Shown here: piece by piece, positions 22,931 to 35,324 of the stretch | Layout: each line of letters begins with the position of its first letter | Position numbering within the stretch: position 1 is the first letter of the stretch | Assembly (NCBI GenBank): GCA_050951545.1 | Contig: JBMNJG010000012.1 | Location: 288,001 to 352,000, forward strand | DNA from: Limnochordia bacterium | GTDB taxonomy: Bacteria; Bacillota; Limnochordia; DTU080 | Length of the DNA stretch: 64,000 nucleotides | Direction: 5' to 3' | Notes under the pieces: model-generated | Database searches by the model: none | Seen by the model: only the letters and a program-made list of their open reading frames with translations | Told to the model about the DNA's origin: nothing | Made by a program: the position numbers and the translations under genes

Positions 22931-24055
22931 CTAGCTTTGTGTATATAGCCGAGGTACCCGCGGGCTCAGTGCACAGATGATTTCGTAGCTAATCGTCCCG
23001 GCGGCATCTGCCAGATCGTCAGCGGTGATCTGTTCTCCGCCTTGCCTACCCATGAACACGACCTCTTCACCCACGCGTGCCGGGTATTCCCCAACATCAA
23101 TCAGGCACTGATCCATGCAGATTCGACCCACGATCGGAAAGCGCTGACCTCCCAGCAGTACGTGACCTCGTGGATGCAAACGTCGGGTTAGCCCATCGGC
23201 ATAGCCCATAGGTAATGTAGCAATCGTGGTTTCGGAAGGCGTCACGTAGGTAGCACCGTAACTTACCGGCGACCCTGCGGGTAGCCGACGTACTGCAACG
23301 ACACGCCCGCGCCATGACATCGCGGGCTTCAAGGGTATGACATGGGCGAGGGCTGGTGATGGGCTGTAGCCATAGATACCGATACCGCTGCGGGCGAGGT
23401 TACATCCGTCTGCGAACGACTGCTGCAGACCTGCCGTATTCTGGGCATGGCACCATCGCGGATGCACGCCAGCTGTCGCCAAAGCATCCCTGGCTTGAGA
23501 GAACCTTCGTAACTGGACGAGGGAGTAAGCGGTATTGGGTTCGTCGGCTGTGGCCAGATGGGTGTAGAGTCCTTCTACTAAGACGCCGCTCTCCTGAAGC
23601 TGGCGTCCTGCACTCACCGCTTTTGAGGGGGAGAAGCCTAAGCGAGCCATGCCCGTATCGATTTTCAGATGCGCCTGCAGTTGGTGCCCTTGAGCAGCGG
23701 CGCGACAAGCAGCCTCCACTGCCTCGGGTGTTGCTACAGTGGCCGCCAGCGTGTACTCGACGAAGAGCCGCTCCTGTCCTGGAAACAATGCACCGAAAAC
23801 CAGTATCGGGGCCTCAATACCTGCTTGCCGTAGCTCAACTCCCTCCTCAGGGGTGGCTACACCGAGCCACGAAGCTCCTGCGTCCAGACAGGCTTTGGCT
23901 ACTGGTGCCGCTCCGTGACCATAGGCGTTGGCCTTGACGACTGCCATCAGCTTCCGGTTACCGCAGGCGGTCACGAGGGCTCTTACGTTGTCTTGGATGT
24001 GACCCAGGTGGATCTCTGCCCACAAAGGGCGACGTGTGGCGTCAAGCTTCATCAT
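22931..24055 (-). CDS. alr: Alanine racemase
   Basis: AVVKANAYGHG, KIDTGMARLG, GYADG, GRICMDQ. Confidence 0.97.
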   Translation of the reverse strand: MMKLDATRRPLWAEIHLGHIQDNVRALVTACGNRKLMAVVKANAYGHGAAPVAKACLDAGASWLGVATPEEGVELRQAGIEAPILVFGALFPGQERLFVEYTLAATVATPEAVEAACRAAAQGHQLQAHLKIDTGMARLGFSPSKAVSAGRQLQESGVLVEGLYTHLATADEPNTAYSLVQLRRFSQARDALATAGVHPRWCHAQNTAGLQQSFADGCNLARSGIGIYGYSPSPALAHVIPLKPAMSWRGRVVAVRRLPAGSPVSYGATYVTPSETTIATLPMGYADGLTRRLHPRGHVLLGGQRFPIVGRICMDQCLIDVGEYPARVGEEVVFMGRQGGEQITADDLADAAGTISYEIICALSPRVPRLYTQS

Positions 24056-25613
24056 TGGCGAACTCCCAACACTGAGCGATTGCCTGAGGCACCGCTCTTA
24101 TTAGATCACTGGCTATCAGTCCGGTCTGCCCCACCTGGGAGGCGATGTCCCCTGCACGGCCATGCAGATAGACCCCAGCTATGGCGGCAGCCAGCGGACT
24201 CATCCCCTGGGCCATGAAACCGGCGATTATGCCTGTCAGCACATCACCAGTCCCCCCTGAGGCCATGCCAGGGTTGCCTGTGCTATTGACGTACAGGGTG
24301 CGTTGTGCGTTATCAGTGACCAGGGTGGGGACTCCCTTGAGCACTACTACACAGCCATATTTCTCGGCTAGGCTCTGGCATGCTGCGGGTCGGTTGTCTT
24401 CAATGGTGGCAATGCTGCATCCCAAGAGCCTGGCTGCTTCGCCGGGATGCGGAGTCAGTACCCGTGGAGCATGAGAGATTTCCTGCAGCTGTGCACCCAG
24501 CATAGCCAGGGCAAACAGCGCATCCGCGTCGATCACCGTTGGCACTGTTGTGTGTAGGACAAGCTCTTTGACAAGGGCAATGGTGGCCTCATGTCTCCCA
24601 ATGCCAGGCCCCAAAGCCAGTACGTTTCTGGTCTCAAGGCCTTTTGTGATGACCGCCGCGGCCTCAGCCCCCAGAAACCCGGGTTTGGCCTCGGGAAGCC
24701 CAAGAGTCATCACTTCAGTTACTTTGGCGGCCATCGCACTCCACAGAGAATGCGGACCTCCCCAAGTGACCAGACCCGCGCCACTGCGAGCAGCTGCGCG
24801 GGCAGTAAGCTCTCCGGCTCCCAACATGCCCGCAGACCCCGCTACCACAAGAACGTGTCCGTAGCTTCCCTTGTGCGAGCTGCGATGCCGCGCTCCCATC
24901 AGAGTGGACACGTGTTGCGGTAATAGCCAAAGTCGCTCAGGCATGCCCTCCGTGCGCCAGGCAAGGTGACTCTCTGGAAAACCGATTTTCTCCACAGCAA
25001 TGCGGCCCACATGCTCGGCGCCAGGGTAGAGAAGTAGCCCCAGCTTGGGCAACCCAAAGGTAACTGTATGCTTGGCTCGGATAGCATCGCCAGTTACCTT
25101 GCCCGTATCTGCATTCACACCAGTGGGAATATCTACAGCCAGCACAGGACGTCCGGTCTTGTTGACTGCATCTACCAGAGCTGCCAGTGGCTCGCGGAGA
25201 GGACCTTTGGCCCCAGTCCCCAACAGGGCATCGATGATGAGGTCGGCGAGGCCCAAAGTGAACAGAAGTCGCTCGTTGACGGTCTCGACTTGGGTTATTT
25301 TGCAGCCCATAGAGACGAGAACTCTGTAAAAGTGGGCTGGCTCGCTATGTAGGCGTTCAGCCATCCCTGCCATGAAGACATGCACACGAGCGCCAGCTTC
25401 TTGTAGATAGCGCGCAGCTACAAGTCCATCGCCACCGTTATTGCCCGTGCCACATAACACATGGATGCGCCGTCCGCATACGTTGCCGAGCATGCTGTGT
25501 GCAACCCGAGCTGTAGCCGCACCAGCAGATTCCATAAGAGCTGCTCTTGGCATGCCTTCCCTTATACTGCGGTGATCGATGGCCAGCATCTCGTTTCCGG
25601 TCACGATTCGCAT
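24042..25613 (-). CDS. nnr: Bifunctional NAD(P)HX epimerase/dehydratase
   Basis: GNNGGDG, DALLGTG, SHKGSYG, IDADAL, TPHPGE, GGTGDVL. Confidence 0.95.
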   Translation of the reverse strand: MRIVTGNEMLAIDHRSIREGMPRAALMESAGAATARVAHSMLGNVCGRRIHVLCGTGNNGGDGLVAARYLQEAGARVHVFMAGMAERLHSEPAHFYRVLVSMGCKITQVETVNERLLFTLGLADLIIDALLGTGAKGPLREPLAALVDAVNKTGRPVLAVDIPTGVNADTGKVTGDAIRAKHTVTFGLPKLGLLLYPGAEHVGRIAVEKIGFPESHLAWRTEGMPERLWLLPQHVSTLMGARHRSSHKGSYGHVLVVAGSAGMLGAGELTARAAARSGAGLVTWGGPHSLWSAMAAKVTEVMTLGLPEAKPGFLGAEAAAVITKGLETRNVLALGPGIGRHEATIALVKELVLHTTVPTVIDADALFALAMLGAQLQEISHAPRVLTPHPGEAARLLGCSIATIEDNRPAACQSLAEKYGCVVVLKGVPTLVTDNAQRTLYVNSTGNPGMASGGTGDVLTGIIAGFMAQGMSPLAAAIAGVYLHGRAGDIASQVGQTGLIASDLIRAVPQAIAQCWEFANDEA

Positions 25614-26008
25614 AGGCTATCCCCCCACGGCTCTACCTCTGTGGTGGCCACTGCAAAGGCCACAGCGCACTCTTTTTCGTGAGCAAGGCTTATATGTATG
25701 TGGCGTACTCGTAGCTGCTCGGCCAACACACGTGCTTGTCCATGAAGTTTCACCCGCGGGGGGCCCCCAGAACCGATCACTTCCACATCGATCCATCGCA
25801 CGCCGTGGGCCCAACCAGTGCGTAGGGCTTTCATCACCGCCTCCTTGGCCGCGAAGCGGGCAGCGAGGCGGGCACTGCAATTGGCTTGGCTGCAGACATG
25901 CTGCTCCTGTTGGGTGAACACGCGATCCAAGAAACGATCAGCAAAACGCTGTACGGCAGCCTCTATACGAGAGATCTTCACGATGTCCACTCCAACGCCA
26001 ATCACCAA
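25601..26008 (-). CDS. acpS: Holo-ACP synthase
   Basis: GVGVDIV, ARFAAKEAVMKAL, ISLAHE. Confidence 0.95.
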   Translation of the reverse strand: MVIGVGVDIVKISRIEAAVQRFADRFLDRVFTQQEQHVCSQANCSARLAARFAAKEAVMKALRTGWAHGVRWIDVEVIGSGGPPRVKLHGQARVLAEQLRVRHIHISLAHEKECAVAFAVATTEVEPWGDSLCES

Positions 26009-26021
26009 CGTCAGGCACCTC

Positions 26022-27353
26022 TCATACTTTGGCTCCCAACTCCCGCTCGATTACGGCAGCCACGCCTTCTGCCAGCTCTTCTACTCGCACGGCGTCCAAC
26101 CCTTCAGCCATCACTCGCACCAAGGGTTCCGTGCCCGAAGTACGCACCAGCAAGCGCCCTTGGCCGGCAAGCTGCCGTTCTGCTTCGGCTATGGCTTGAC
26201 GAATAGCCTCATTGTTCTCCCAGCCTTTTGAGCAGACGTGAGCATTTACCAGACGCTGAGGCACTCGCTCCATCTGTGCGGCGAGCATTGAGAGCTTCTG
26301 ACCAGTGCGCTGCATGACACCGAGGAGCTGCAGCGCACTCAACACGCCGTCTCCAGTGGTAGCGTGATCCAAAAAGATGATGTGTCCGGACTGTTCGCCG
26401 CCGAGGTTGAGCCCGGCGTCCAGCATGGCCTCCAACACATAACGATCGCCAGCGTTGGCGGTCAGAACGTGCCCTCCGTGTCTTTCTAGGGCTCTGTGTA
26501 GGCCCAGATTACTGTAGAGTGTGGCGGCAACCGTCTTCTTCTTCAGCTCGCCTTGGCGCAGCATGTCGAGACCGAAAATGACAAGAAGGTGATCACCATC
26601 GACAATCTGGCCGCGTTCATCGACCGCTATCAGTCGGTCAGCGTCCCCGTCAAAAGCCAAGCCAGCGTCGGCCCGATGCGCTAGGACGGCTCTTTGCAGC
26701 GTCGCAGGGTGCGTGGAACCACATTCCACGTTAATGTTAGTTCCGTTCGGCTCGACGTGAATGGGGATAACTTCAGCCCCGAGATGCGATAGCACATAGG
26801 GTGCGATATGCCAGGCAGCTCCATGAGCTGCGTCGATAACTATCCTGAGCCCCTGCAACGACGAACTCAAGGAGACTAAGAACGCGGCATACCCTTTCCA
26901 GGCTTCGTCGTCGGTGTGGGCCCGCCCAACCCCCTCACCTATAGGCAACTCGCTAGTGGAGCCTATCCGGGCTGCAATCTCGTCCTCCAAGCTCTCCGAA
27001 AGCTTGAGGCCGCCTTCAGCAAAGAACTTTATGCCATTATCAACAACCGGATTATGCGACGCCGATATCACCACGCCAGCCGCTGCCTTCATGCTCTTTG
27101 TGAGATAGGCTACTGCCGGCGTCGGGATCACCCCTACGAGCACTGCGTCTACACCCGCGGAGGTAATTCCAGCCACAAGCGCCGCTTCCAGCATATCACC
27201 AGAGATACGCGTGTCGCGCCCCACAAGAATCGGGCTATCTCCATGGCGTGCCAACACAGAGGCTCCGGCGCGACCGAGTCCTAGGGCGAGTTCGGGTGAG
27301 AGTTCACGGTTTGCTATGCCGCGCACTCCGTCGGTGCCAAACAAGCGTGCCAT
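26022..27353 (-). CDS. glmM: Phosphoglucosamine mutase
   Basis: FGTDGVRG, SASHNP, DGDADR, GGEQSGH; follows cdaA-cdaR. Confidence 0.96.
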   Translation of the reverse strand: MARLFGTDGVRGIANRELSPELALGLGRAGASVLARHGDSPILVGRDTRISGDMLEAALVAGITSAGVDAVLVGVIPTPAVAYLTKSMKAAAGVVISASHNPVVDNGIKFFAEGGLKLSESLEDEIAARIGSTSELPIGEGVGRAHTDDEAWKGYAAFLVSLSSSLQGLRIVIDAAHGAAWHIAPYVLSHLGAEVIPIHVEPNGTNINVECGSTHPATLQRAVLAHRADAGLAFDGDADRLIAVDERGQIVDGDHLLVIFGLDMLRQGELKKKTVAATLYSNLGLHRALERHGGHVLTANAGDRYVLEAMLDAGLNLGGEQSGHIIFLDHATTGDGVLSALQLLGVMQRTGQKLSMLAAQMERVPQRLVNAHVCSKGWENNEAIRQAIAEAERQLAGQGRLLVRTSGTEPLVRVMAEGLDAVRVEELAEGVAAVIERELGAKV

Positions 27354-27394
27354 TACGCGATACACCCCCCATACAGTATGCGCAGCAGGAACTG

Positions 27395-28144
27395 CTATCT
27401 CCCAGTGAACCGAGTAGCGCCCGGAGGCTGAGCCTCTGCTTTGGGAGGACTCGGCAACGGAGTCTCCGGCTCAGGCAGCTCTGGCTCTGCAGGGGGCGAC
27501 TTGGTGTTCATCACCACGCGCACTTGCGTGGGCTCTATGGTTAGGTCAGCTACGTCGCGATCAGTACCATCCACGACCCTGACTTCGGTGAGTACCGAAT
27601 CCTCAGAGGTGTCGTAAGTGGCGATGGCGTAGACTCGGGCCACCCGTTCAATGTCGCTTTTGGCACCCGAAACGGTCACCTCTGCGGGCTCAGGCTGGCC
27701 GATCACCACTTCGACACCAGGCGGCAGGCCGATCAGCGCTGTCACCACCGAAAAACGTCGGGTGGTCTCCGGTTCCAGACGGACGGCTATGTGTTCCGGT
27801 TTCACTGCTAGCACAGAGAACCGGGATGGCACGCTGACATGTACGGCGAGGTGGTACTGACCAGCCCTCTTGCCTCGCATGTCGATGTAGGCCTCGAGTT
27901 GCTCAGGAACGGGCACATTGCTAGGGCCGCGCAAGCGCACCTCCACCTGTGGTACGTCCTGGAAGGGAATGAGCTCCTTTGCTACCCCAACCAAACGGAC
28001 GGTGGCGGGCAATACGCGCTCTTCCATGGCCACCGGTTCTGTACGAAGATCCTCGGAAGCGACAAACCACAAAGCTACCGCGAGTGCCAAGGCGAGCAAG
28101 CGGATACCTATGTCTCGCTTCCAGTTAGGTTTCAACGCAACCAC
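27395..28144 (-). CDS. cdaR: CdaR (YbbR-domain) regulator of diadenylate cyclase
   Basis: N-terminal TM (ALAVALW), two YbbR-like repeats, Pro-rich tail; synteny with cdaA and glmM. Confidence 0.85.
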   Translation of the reverse strand: MVALKPNWKRDIGIRLLALALAVALWFVASEDLRTEPVAMEERVLPATVRLVGVAKELIPFQDVPQVEVRLRGPSNVPVPEQLEAYIDMRGKRAGQYHLAVHVSVPSRFSVLAVKPEHIAVRLEPETTRRFSVVTALIGLPPGVEVVIGQPEPAEVTVSGAKSDIERVARVYAIATYDTSEDSVLTEVRVVDGTDRDVADLTIEPTQVRVVMNTKSPPAEPELPEPETPLPSPPKAEAQPPGATRFTGR

Positions 28145-28908
28145 CCCCTCAGCAAGCCACCGTTTTGGTTGAGTACCGAGGCCAGGGTGGTCCGCAGAGC
28201 GTTCTCATCAAGGTTTCGGTGCAACTGACCTCCCACAGCGACAGAAACGATGCCCGTTTCCTCGGAGACTGCCACGACAAGAGCATCAGAGACCTCGCTC
28301 ACCCCTAGAGCGGCGCGATGGCGAGTACCCAACTCGGCTGGCATGGGTGACTCCGTAAGTGGGAGAAAACAGCCTGCCGCAACGAGGCTCATACCACGCA
28401 AGATAAGAGCACCGTCATGTAGGGGTGTCCTCGGAACAAAGATAGTGAGAATCAGCTCCGGGGAGATAGTGCCCTCGATGCGCACGCCGGATTCGATGTA
28501 CTCCTCAAGTCCGACATCTCTTTCGAAGACAATGAGCGCTCCCGTTTGGGATTGTACGAGCTGACGGACCGCTCGCGCCACCACATCAATGACGGCATCC
28601 GTATCGTCTTGGCCTAGCGTTGACAGACGGCTGAAGAGCTGCCCGCGTCCTAGATGCTCGAGGGCGCGGCGTAGCTCTGGGTAGAAGACCACCGGAAGGG
28701 CTACCAAGATTACCGTTGTTCCCTGCGTAAGAATCCAGGTTACCGTCCGCAAGCCCAAATAGCGGGCGACAACATTGGCCGCAAGGATAATGCCGAGGCC
28801 TTTTATGATACTCGTGGCCCTGGTTCCCCGAAGGATAAGCATGAGTCGAAAAACAACATAGGCGACGATGAGAATGTCAATAAGGTCAATGGTGGTCAAT
28901 GCGGGCAT
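28132..28908 (-). CDS. cdaA: Diadenylate cyclase CdaA
   Basis: 3 TM helices, PELRRALE, PLHDGA, GTRHRAA, VSEETG. Confidence 0.96.
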   Translation of the reverse strand: MPALTTIDLIDILIVAYVVFRLMLILRGTRATSIIKGLGIILAANVVARYLGLRTVTWILTQGTTVILVALPVVFYPELRRALEHLGRGQLFSRLSTLGQDDTDAVIDVVARAVRQLVQSQTGALIVFERDVGLEEYIESGVRIEGTISPELILTIFVPRTPLHDGALILRGMSLVAAGCFLPLTESPMPAELGTRHRAALGVSEVSDALVVAVSEETGIVSVAVGGQLHRNLDENALRTTLASVLNQNGGLLRGWLR

Positions 28909-28948
28909 CAGGGCCTCCCTCTTTCGAAAAAAAGCTCCCCTGGACCCG

Positions 28949-30544
28949 CTACTTCCCAGTCACCGCCAGACCAGTCTGTGGCTCAACGTCACAGATCATC
29001 AGGCCATACTCCATCGAGTCCACCAGAGCTCTCCAGCTAGCTTCTATAAGGTTCGCAGACACTCCTACCGTATTCCAAGAACGCCCGTGGGCGGCCGACT
29101 CGATGAGGACACGAACGACGGCTTCAGTACCAGCTTCTTCGTTGAGGACTCGGACCTTGTAATCCGTAAGGTGAATCTCGCTGATCATTGGGTAGTGACC
29201 CTCGAGCGCCCGACGCAAAGCCACGTCCAAAGCGTGCACGGGGCCATCTCCTTCAGCAACAGTATGCACTAGATGGTCGCCTATACGCACCTTGATCGAT
29301 GCCTCGGCAATGGGATCTTGGCTGAGACTGTGCTTGTCTATGATCACTCGCAGGCCGAGCAGTTCAAAAAACGGCTTGTAGAGGCCGACAGCCTTCTTTA
29401 GCAGAAGCTCAAACGAGCCTTCGGCGCCTTCAAAGGTATACCCTTCGTGCTCGAGATCCTTGACCGCCCGGAGCACGCGCTCCAGGGCGCTTGAACCTTT
29501 CTCCAGTCTTACTTGGTACTCCTGCGCCTTGTAGATCACGTTTCCCGCCCCTGAGAGTTCGCTTACCAAGACTCGTCTTCGATTGCCCACCAGGGTGGGA
29601 TCAATGTGTTCATACGTTTCGGGCTGGCGCAGCATGGCAGAGACGTGAACGCCTCCCTTATGGGTAAAGACACTGCGCCCCACGAAGGGCCGTCGGCTAT
29701 CGGGCTTCACATTGGCTAGGTCATCGACATAACGAGAAAGCTCAGTGAGGCTCGAGAGATCAGCACGACACGTACACCCCATCTTGACCACGAGATTTGG
29801 GATGATCTGACACAGATCCGCATTACCTGAGCGCTCTCCATAGCCATTGATCGTCCCTTGCACATGCGTGGCCCCGGCCTTGACAGCCATGAGCGTATTG
29901 GCTACGCCCACTCCGCTGTCATTATGGGCATGAATACCAATCGGTAGGCTTACAGCGCTTTTTACACGTTGGGTTACCTCGTAGACGTCATGCGGCAAGT
30001 AGCCGCCATTGGTGTCGCACAGAGTGATAGTGCGGGCACCCCCTCGGGCAGCTGCTTGCAGAGTCTCCAGAGCATACGCCGAGTCAGCCTTGTAGCCGTC
30101 GAAAAAATGCTCAGCATCGTAGATCACGCTCAAGCCCCGCGCCACTAAGAAGGTGATACTCTCCTCGATCATGCGAAGGTTCTCGTCAAGGGTCGTGCGC
30201 AAAGCTTCGCGGACATGAAAATCCCAGCTCTTGCCGAAGATGGTGGCCACCTGAACACCCGATCCCGCGATAGATGCGAGGTTGGGGTCATCGTCCGCAC
30301 TACGGCTTCGATGCCGCGTGCTACCAAAGGCTGTCAGTCGGGCGTGTCTCAACTCGAGTTCTTGGGCTCTAGAAAAGAACTCAGCGTCCTTCGGATTTGA
30401 CCCGGGCCATCCTCCTTCGATCAAGTCTACTCCCAACTGATCAAGGCGGCGGACAATGTTCAGTTTGTCTTCCACAGAGAACGAGACGCCCTCGCCTTGG
30501 GTACCGTCACGTAGCGTAGTGTCGTACAGTTCGACTAAGAGCAC
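28949..30544 (-). CDS. cimA: Citramalate synthase
   Basis: DTTLRDGTQGEG, IEGGWPGSNPKD, DAEHFFDG, HKGGVH; GTG start at 30544. Confidence 0.92.
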   Translation of the reverse strand: MLLVELYDTTLRDGTQGEGVSFSVEDKLNIVRRLDQLGVDLIEGGWPGSNPKDAEFFSRAQELELRHARLTAFGSTRHRSRSADDDPNLASIAGSGVQVATIFGKSWDFHVREALRTTLDENLRMIEESITFLVARGLSVIYDAEHFFDGYKADSAYALETLQAAARGGARTITLCDTNGGYLPHDVYEVTQRVKSAVSLPIGIHAHNDSGVGVANTLMAVKAGATHVQGTINGYGERSGNADLCQIIPNLVVKMGCTCRADLSSLTELSRYVDDLANVKPDSRRPFVGRSVFTHKGGVHVSAMLRQPETYEHIDPTLVGNRRRVLVSELSGAGNVIYKAQEYQVRLEKGSSALERVLRAVKDLEHEGYTFEGAEGSFELLLKKAVGLYKPFFELLGLRVIIDKHSLSQDPIAEASIKVRIGDHLVHTVAEGDGPVHALDVALRRALEGHYPMISEIHLTDYKVRVLNEEAGTEAVVRVLIESAAHGRSWNTVGVSANLIEASWRALVDSMEYGLMICDVEPQTGLAVTGK

Positions 30545-30569
30545 GTTTACCCCCCTTTCATTTCTCATG

Positions 30570-31157
30570 CTATACGACACGCTCCGCTTCATAGCGGCGA
30601 ATCTTCTCCTCGAGTCTCAGCGTGACGTCGATATCGTCTAGTCCCTCGAGAAGCCGCTCTCGTCGCGTGCTGTCAACAGCGAATGGAAGTGTGAGATCAA
30701 CCGCATCGGTAAGACGGCACTTCTCCAGGTCGACGGTGATCTCATAGCGGCGGGCCTGTGCCCTAGCCATAAGCAGATCCACGTCCTTGGTACTTAGGCG
30801 GATGGGCAACATGCCATTCTTAAAGCAGTTGTTGTAGAAGATGTCGGCAAACGAGGGCGCGATAATGATCCGAAATCCATAGTCCGATAGGGCCCAAGGG
30901 GCATGCTCGCGCGATGAACCGCAGCCAAAATTATGGCGAGCGATGAGGATGCTGGCGCCCTGATACTGAGCTTGGTTCAGCTCAAAGGCAGGATTTGGCT
31001 CGCCCGATTCAAGGTAACGCCAATCAAAGAACAGGTACTTGCCAAAACCAGTCCGCTCGATGCGCTTGAGAAACTGCTTTGGGATGATCTGGTCGGTATC
31101 TACATTAGCCCGATCAAGAGGCGCCACCACACCAGTATGTGTCACAAATCTCTCCAA
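30570..31157 (-). CDS. leuD: 3-isopropylmalate dehydratase small subunit
   Basis: [26 protein letters not shown]. Confidence 0.97.
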   Translation of the reverse strand: MERFVTHTGVVAPLDRANVDTDQIIPKQFLKRIERTGFGKYLFFDWRYLESGEPNPAFELNQAQYQGASILIARHNFGCGSSREHAPWALSDYGFRIIIAPSFADIFYNNCFKNGMLPIRLSTKDVDLLMARAQARRYEITVDLEKCRLTDAVDLTLPFAVDSTRRERLLEGLDDIDVTLRLEEKIRRYEAERVV

Positions 31158-31216
31158 ACCGGATACCCTCCTAGAAAATGACGTGACGCCGTGCAGCCAT
31201 GTCTGCGGCTTCCCTG

Positions 31217-32629
31217 CTACGATCTAGCTCGCCAATGGCGTACGTCCACAAAATGCCCAGCAATGGCTGCTGCTGCGGCCATTGCCGGGCTGACCAGATG
31301 CGTACGCCCCAGGCGGCCTTGACGTCCTTCGAAATTGCGATTAGACGTCGCAGCGCATCTTTCGCCTGGCTTCAGAACATCAGGATTCATCGCTAGACAC
31401 ATGCTGCAACCGGGTTCGCGCCATTCAAAGCCAGCCTGCTGAAAGACAGAGTGCAACCCTTCTGCCTCTGCCTGTAGCTTGATGGCTCGAGAGCCAGGCA
31501 CCACCATCGCTTGCACGCCGGGAGCCACCTGCCTGCCTTCAGCCATGGCAGCGGCGGCTCGCAGGTCTTCTATGCGCGAATTCGTGCATGAGCCGATGAA
31601 CACGCGGTCGATGGCTATCTCAGCAAGCGGGGTGCCCGGCCGCAGTCCCATGTACTCCAAAGCCTTTGCAGCGGCCTGGCGCTCCATGGCCGAGGCGAAA
31701 CTAGCGGGATCGGGCACCTGCCCCGAAATTGACGTGACCATGCCCGGGCTTGTACCCCACGTCACCTGGGGCTCAATGCTGGAGACGTCAACGACGAGAG
31801 TGCGGTCGTAGTGCGCCCCGGGATCGGAAGCCAAATGGCGCCACCTGCGCAGCGCTACCTCAAGAGCGCTGCCACGGGGAGCGTACAGCCGATCTTTTAG
31901 GTAGGCGAAGGTGGTTTCGTCAGGAGCCACCATCCCCGCCCTAGCTCCAGCTTCGATCGTCATGTTACAAAGGGTCATGCGTTCTTCCATAGAGAAGGAG
32001 CGCACGACAGAACCCGTATACTCGATAACAGTCCCGGTAGCTCCGTCTGTACCTATCTGCCCGATAATGGCTAGGATGATATCCTTGGCGCCCACCTCGG
32101 GGTCGCGTTCGCCCTCAACGCGTATCTCAGAAGTCGCCGGAGGATCCTGCCACAGGCACTGTGTAGCCAATACGTGCTCTACTTCACTAGTGCCGATGCC
32201 GAAAGCTAACGCACCGAAAGCGCCGTGGGTTGAAGTGTGGCTGTCGCCACACACGATGGTCTTGCCCGGCTGGGTCAGACCCAATTCGGGTCCGATCACG
32301 TGCACAATACCATGATGCGGACTATCGAGATTGAACAACGTTACTCCAAAATCCTGACAGTTGCGAGCCAGAGTCTCCATCTGACGACGTGCTGTCTCAT
32401 CGGCGATGGGCAGATGCTGATCAGATGTAGGAACATTGTGATCCATAGTGGCAAAAGTCAGATCGGGACGACGCACTGCACGCTTCGCCATCCGTAGGGC
32501 CTCAAACGCTTGGGGTGAGGTGACCTCGTGGACGAGATGCAGATCAATGTAGAGCAGCGAGGGTTTGCCCTCCTCTGCGTAGACGACATGATCATCCCAG
32601 ATCTTCTGAAACATTGTACGTGGCCGCAT
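31217..32629 (-). CDS. leuC: 3-isopropylmalate dehydratase large subunit
   Basis: [41 protein letters not shown]. Confidence 0.98.
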   Translation of the reverse strand: MRPRTMFQKIWDDHVVYAEEGKPSLLYIDLHLVHEVTSPQAFEALRMAKRAVRRPDLTFATMDHNVPTSDQHLPIADETARRQMETLARNCQDFGVTLFNLDSPHHGIVHVIGPELGLTQPGKTIVCGDSHTSTHGAFGALAFGIGTSEVEHVLATQCLWQDPPATSEIRVEGERDPEVGAKDIILAIIGQIGTDGATGTVIEYTGSVVRSFSMEERMTLCNMTIEAGARAGMVAPDETTFAYLKDRLYAPRGSALEVALRRWRHLASDPGAHYDRTLVVDVSSIEPQVTWGTSPGMVTSISGQVPDPASFASAMERQAAAKALEYMGLRPGTPLAEIAIDRVFIGSCTNSRIEDLRAAAAMAEGRQVAPGVQAMVVPGSRAIKLQAEAEGLHSVFQQAGFEWREPGCSMCLAMNPDVLKPGERCAATSNRNFEGRQGRLGRTHLVSPAMAAAAAIAGHFVDVRHWRARS

Positions 32630-32649
32630 TTCATCACCTCAAATACTGA

Positions 32650-34167
32650 TCAAGCCGTCCTTTGGCGAGACTGTACCATCTTGTTGATGGCTTGCAGGTA
32701 GGCGCGTGCACTAGCCTCAATAACATCCGTACTGGCACCCCGGCCCACAAAAGTGAAGCCATTGTCACGCACTTGCACGGTCACTTCGCCCAAGGCGTCC
32801 TTGCCACTAGTCACTGCGCCCAAGCTGTAACTTGCGAGATCGGTCTCGATCCCTGTGACTCGGTCAATTGCTCGGTAGACAGCCTCCACTGGGCCATCTC
32901 CGCAAGCTGCCTCCTGGCTGGAGTCATCACCGCGACGAATTCTCACAGTCGCCGTGGACACAGTCGTATTGCCACTGGTCACCTGCAGGTACTCCAAGCG
33001 AAAGGTTTCGACCACAGAGAGCATCTGCTCATCCACCAACGCCTGGATGTCACGGTCATCAATGCGTTTCTTGCGATCACATAGGTCAATGAATCTCTCG
33101 TAGGCCTTGTCAATTTCCTCAGGGCTCATCTCGTAGCCCAGCTCTGCTAGTCTATCTCTGAAAGCATGCCTTCCCGAGTGCTTGCCGAGCACCAATCGAC
33201 TCTTCGGTAGCCCGATGGACTGTGGGGTCATGATCTCATAGGTCGTGGGTTCCTTGAGCATGCCGTCCTGATGGATACCAGACTCATGCGCAAACGCGTT
33301 CTCACCGACGATAGCTTTGTTTGGCTGAACCTGCATTCCCGATAGGCTACTTACCAGTCGACTGGTTCGGTACAAGTGCTCTGTTACGATGTTGGTCTGA
33401 ACATGATAGCGATCTGCTCGCGTATGCAGCGCCATGACCAGTTCCTCCAAAGCTGCGTTACCAGCTCTCTCGCCCAGTCCATTCACGGTACACTCCAACT
33501 GCACCGCCCCTGCATCCAGGGCACTCAACGTGTTGGCCACAGCTAATCCCAAGTCGTTATGGCAATGCACGCTGATGACAGCTTTCTCAATGCCGGGAGT
33601 ATGCTCACGGAGATGGCCAATGAGCTGTTGAAACTCTGCGGGAGTGCTGTAGCCAACTGTATCGGGCACATTGATGGTGGTCGCTCCAGCAGCGATCGCC
33701 ACACCAACAACCTCACAGAGAAAACCGAGATCGGATCGAGTGGCATCCTCAGCCGAGAACTCGACATCAGTGACGAGCGAGCGAGCCAGACGGACGGCTC
33801 TATCTGTCATCTCGAGAACCTCATCGGGTGACCTGCGTAGCTTGTACTGCATATGAATCGGCGACGTGGCAATGAAGGTGTGAATACGCGGCCGGGCTGC
33901 ATCCTTTAGGGCTTGTGCTGCGCACTCGATATCCTTGGCGGTGGCCCTGGCTAGGGCGGCGATAACCGGCCCTTGCACCTCACGGGCGACACAGGCCACT
34001 GCCTCGAAATCGCCGGGCGAGGCTATCGGGAACCCTGCTTCGATGACGTCAACTGCCAAGCGGCCCAGCTGCTTGGCAATCTCCAACTTCTCTTGCCGAT
34101 CTAAGTTAATGCCTGGTGATTGTTCGCCGTCACGAAGTGTCGTGTCAAAAATGATGATCTTACGCAT
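32650..34167 (-). CDS. leuA: 2-isopropylmalate synthase
   Basis: [34 protein letters not shown]. Confidence 0.96.
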   Translation of the reverse strand: MRKIIIFDTTLRDGEQSPGINLDRQEKLEIAKQLGRLAVDVIEAGFPIASPGDFEAVACVAREVQGPVIAALARATAKDIECAAQALKDAARPRIHTFIATSPIHMQYKLRRSPDEVLEMTDRAVRLARSLVTDVEFSAEDATRSDLGFLCEVVGVAIAAGATTINVPDTVGYSTPAEFQQLIGHLREHTPGIEKAVISVHCHNDLGLAVANTLSALDAGAVQLECTVNGLGERAGNAALEELVMALHTRADRYHVQTNIVTEHLYRTSRLVSSLSGMQVQPNKAIVGENAFAHESGIHQDGMLKEPTTYEIMTPQSIGLPKSRLVLGKHSGRHAFRDRLAELGYEMSPEEIDKAYERFIDLCDRKKRIDDRDIQALVDEQMLSVVETFRLEYLQVTSGNTTVSTATVRIRRGDDSSQEAACGDGPVEAVYRAIDRVTGIETDLASYSLGAVTSGKDALGEVTVQVRDNGFTFVGRGASTDVIEASARAYLQAINKMVQSRQRTA

Positions 34168-34194
34168 CTTTCTTCACCCCTCGGGTATCGCAGG

Positions 34195-34232
34195 AAAAAA
34201 GAGCCTGGGAGGTGGCACATCGCCCCCCAGGC
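34195..34232 (-). terminator. Rho-independent terminator between ilvC and leuA
   Basis: GCCTGGGGGGCG-atgtgc-CACCTCCCAGGC-TCTTTTTT. Confidence 0.65.
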
Positions 34233-34253
34233 GTCAGTGCCAGTATGTCCCGA

Positions 34254-35265
<1,012 letters not shown>

Positions 35266-35324
35266 TCATCGCTCCTTGGAGAGTTGAATTGTGTTGTCCG
35301 GGCATGTTGGCGGTTGAGCCTGTG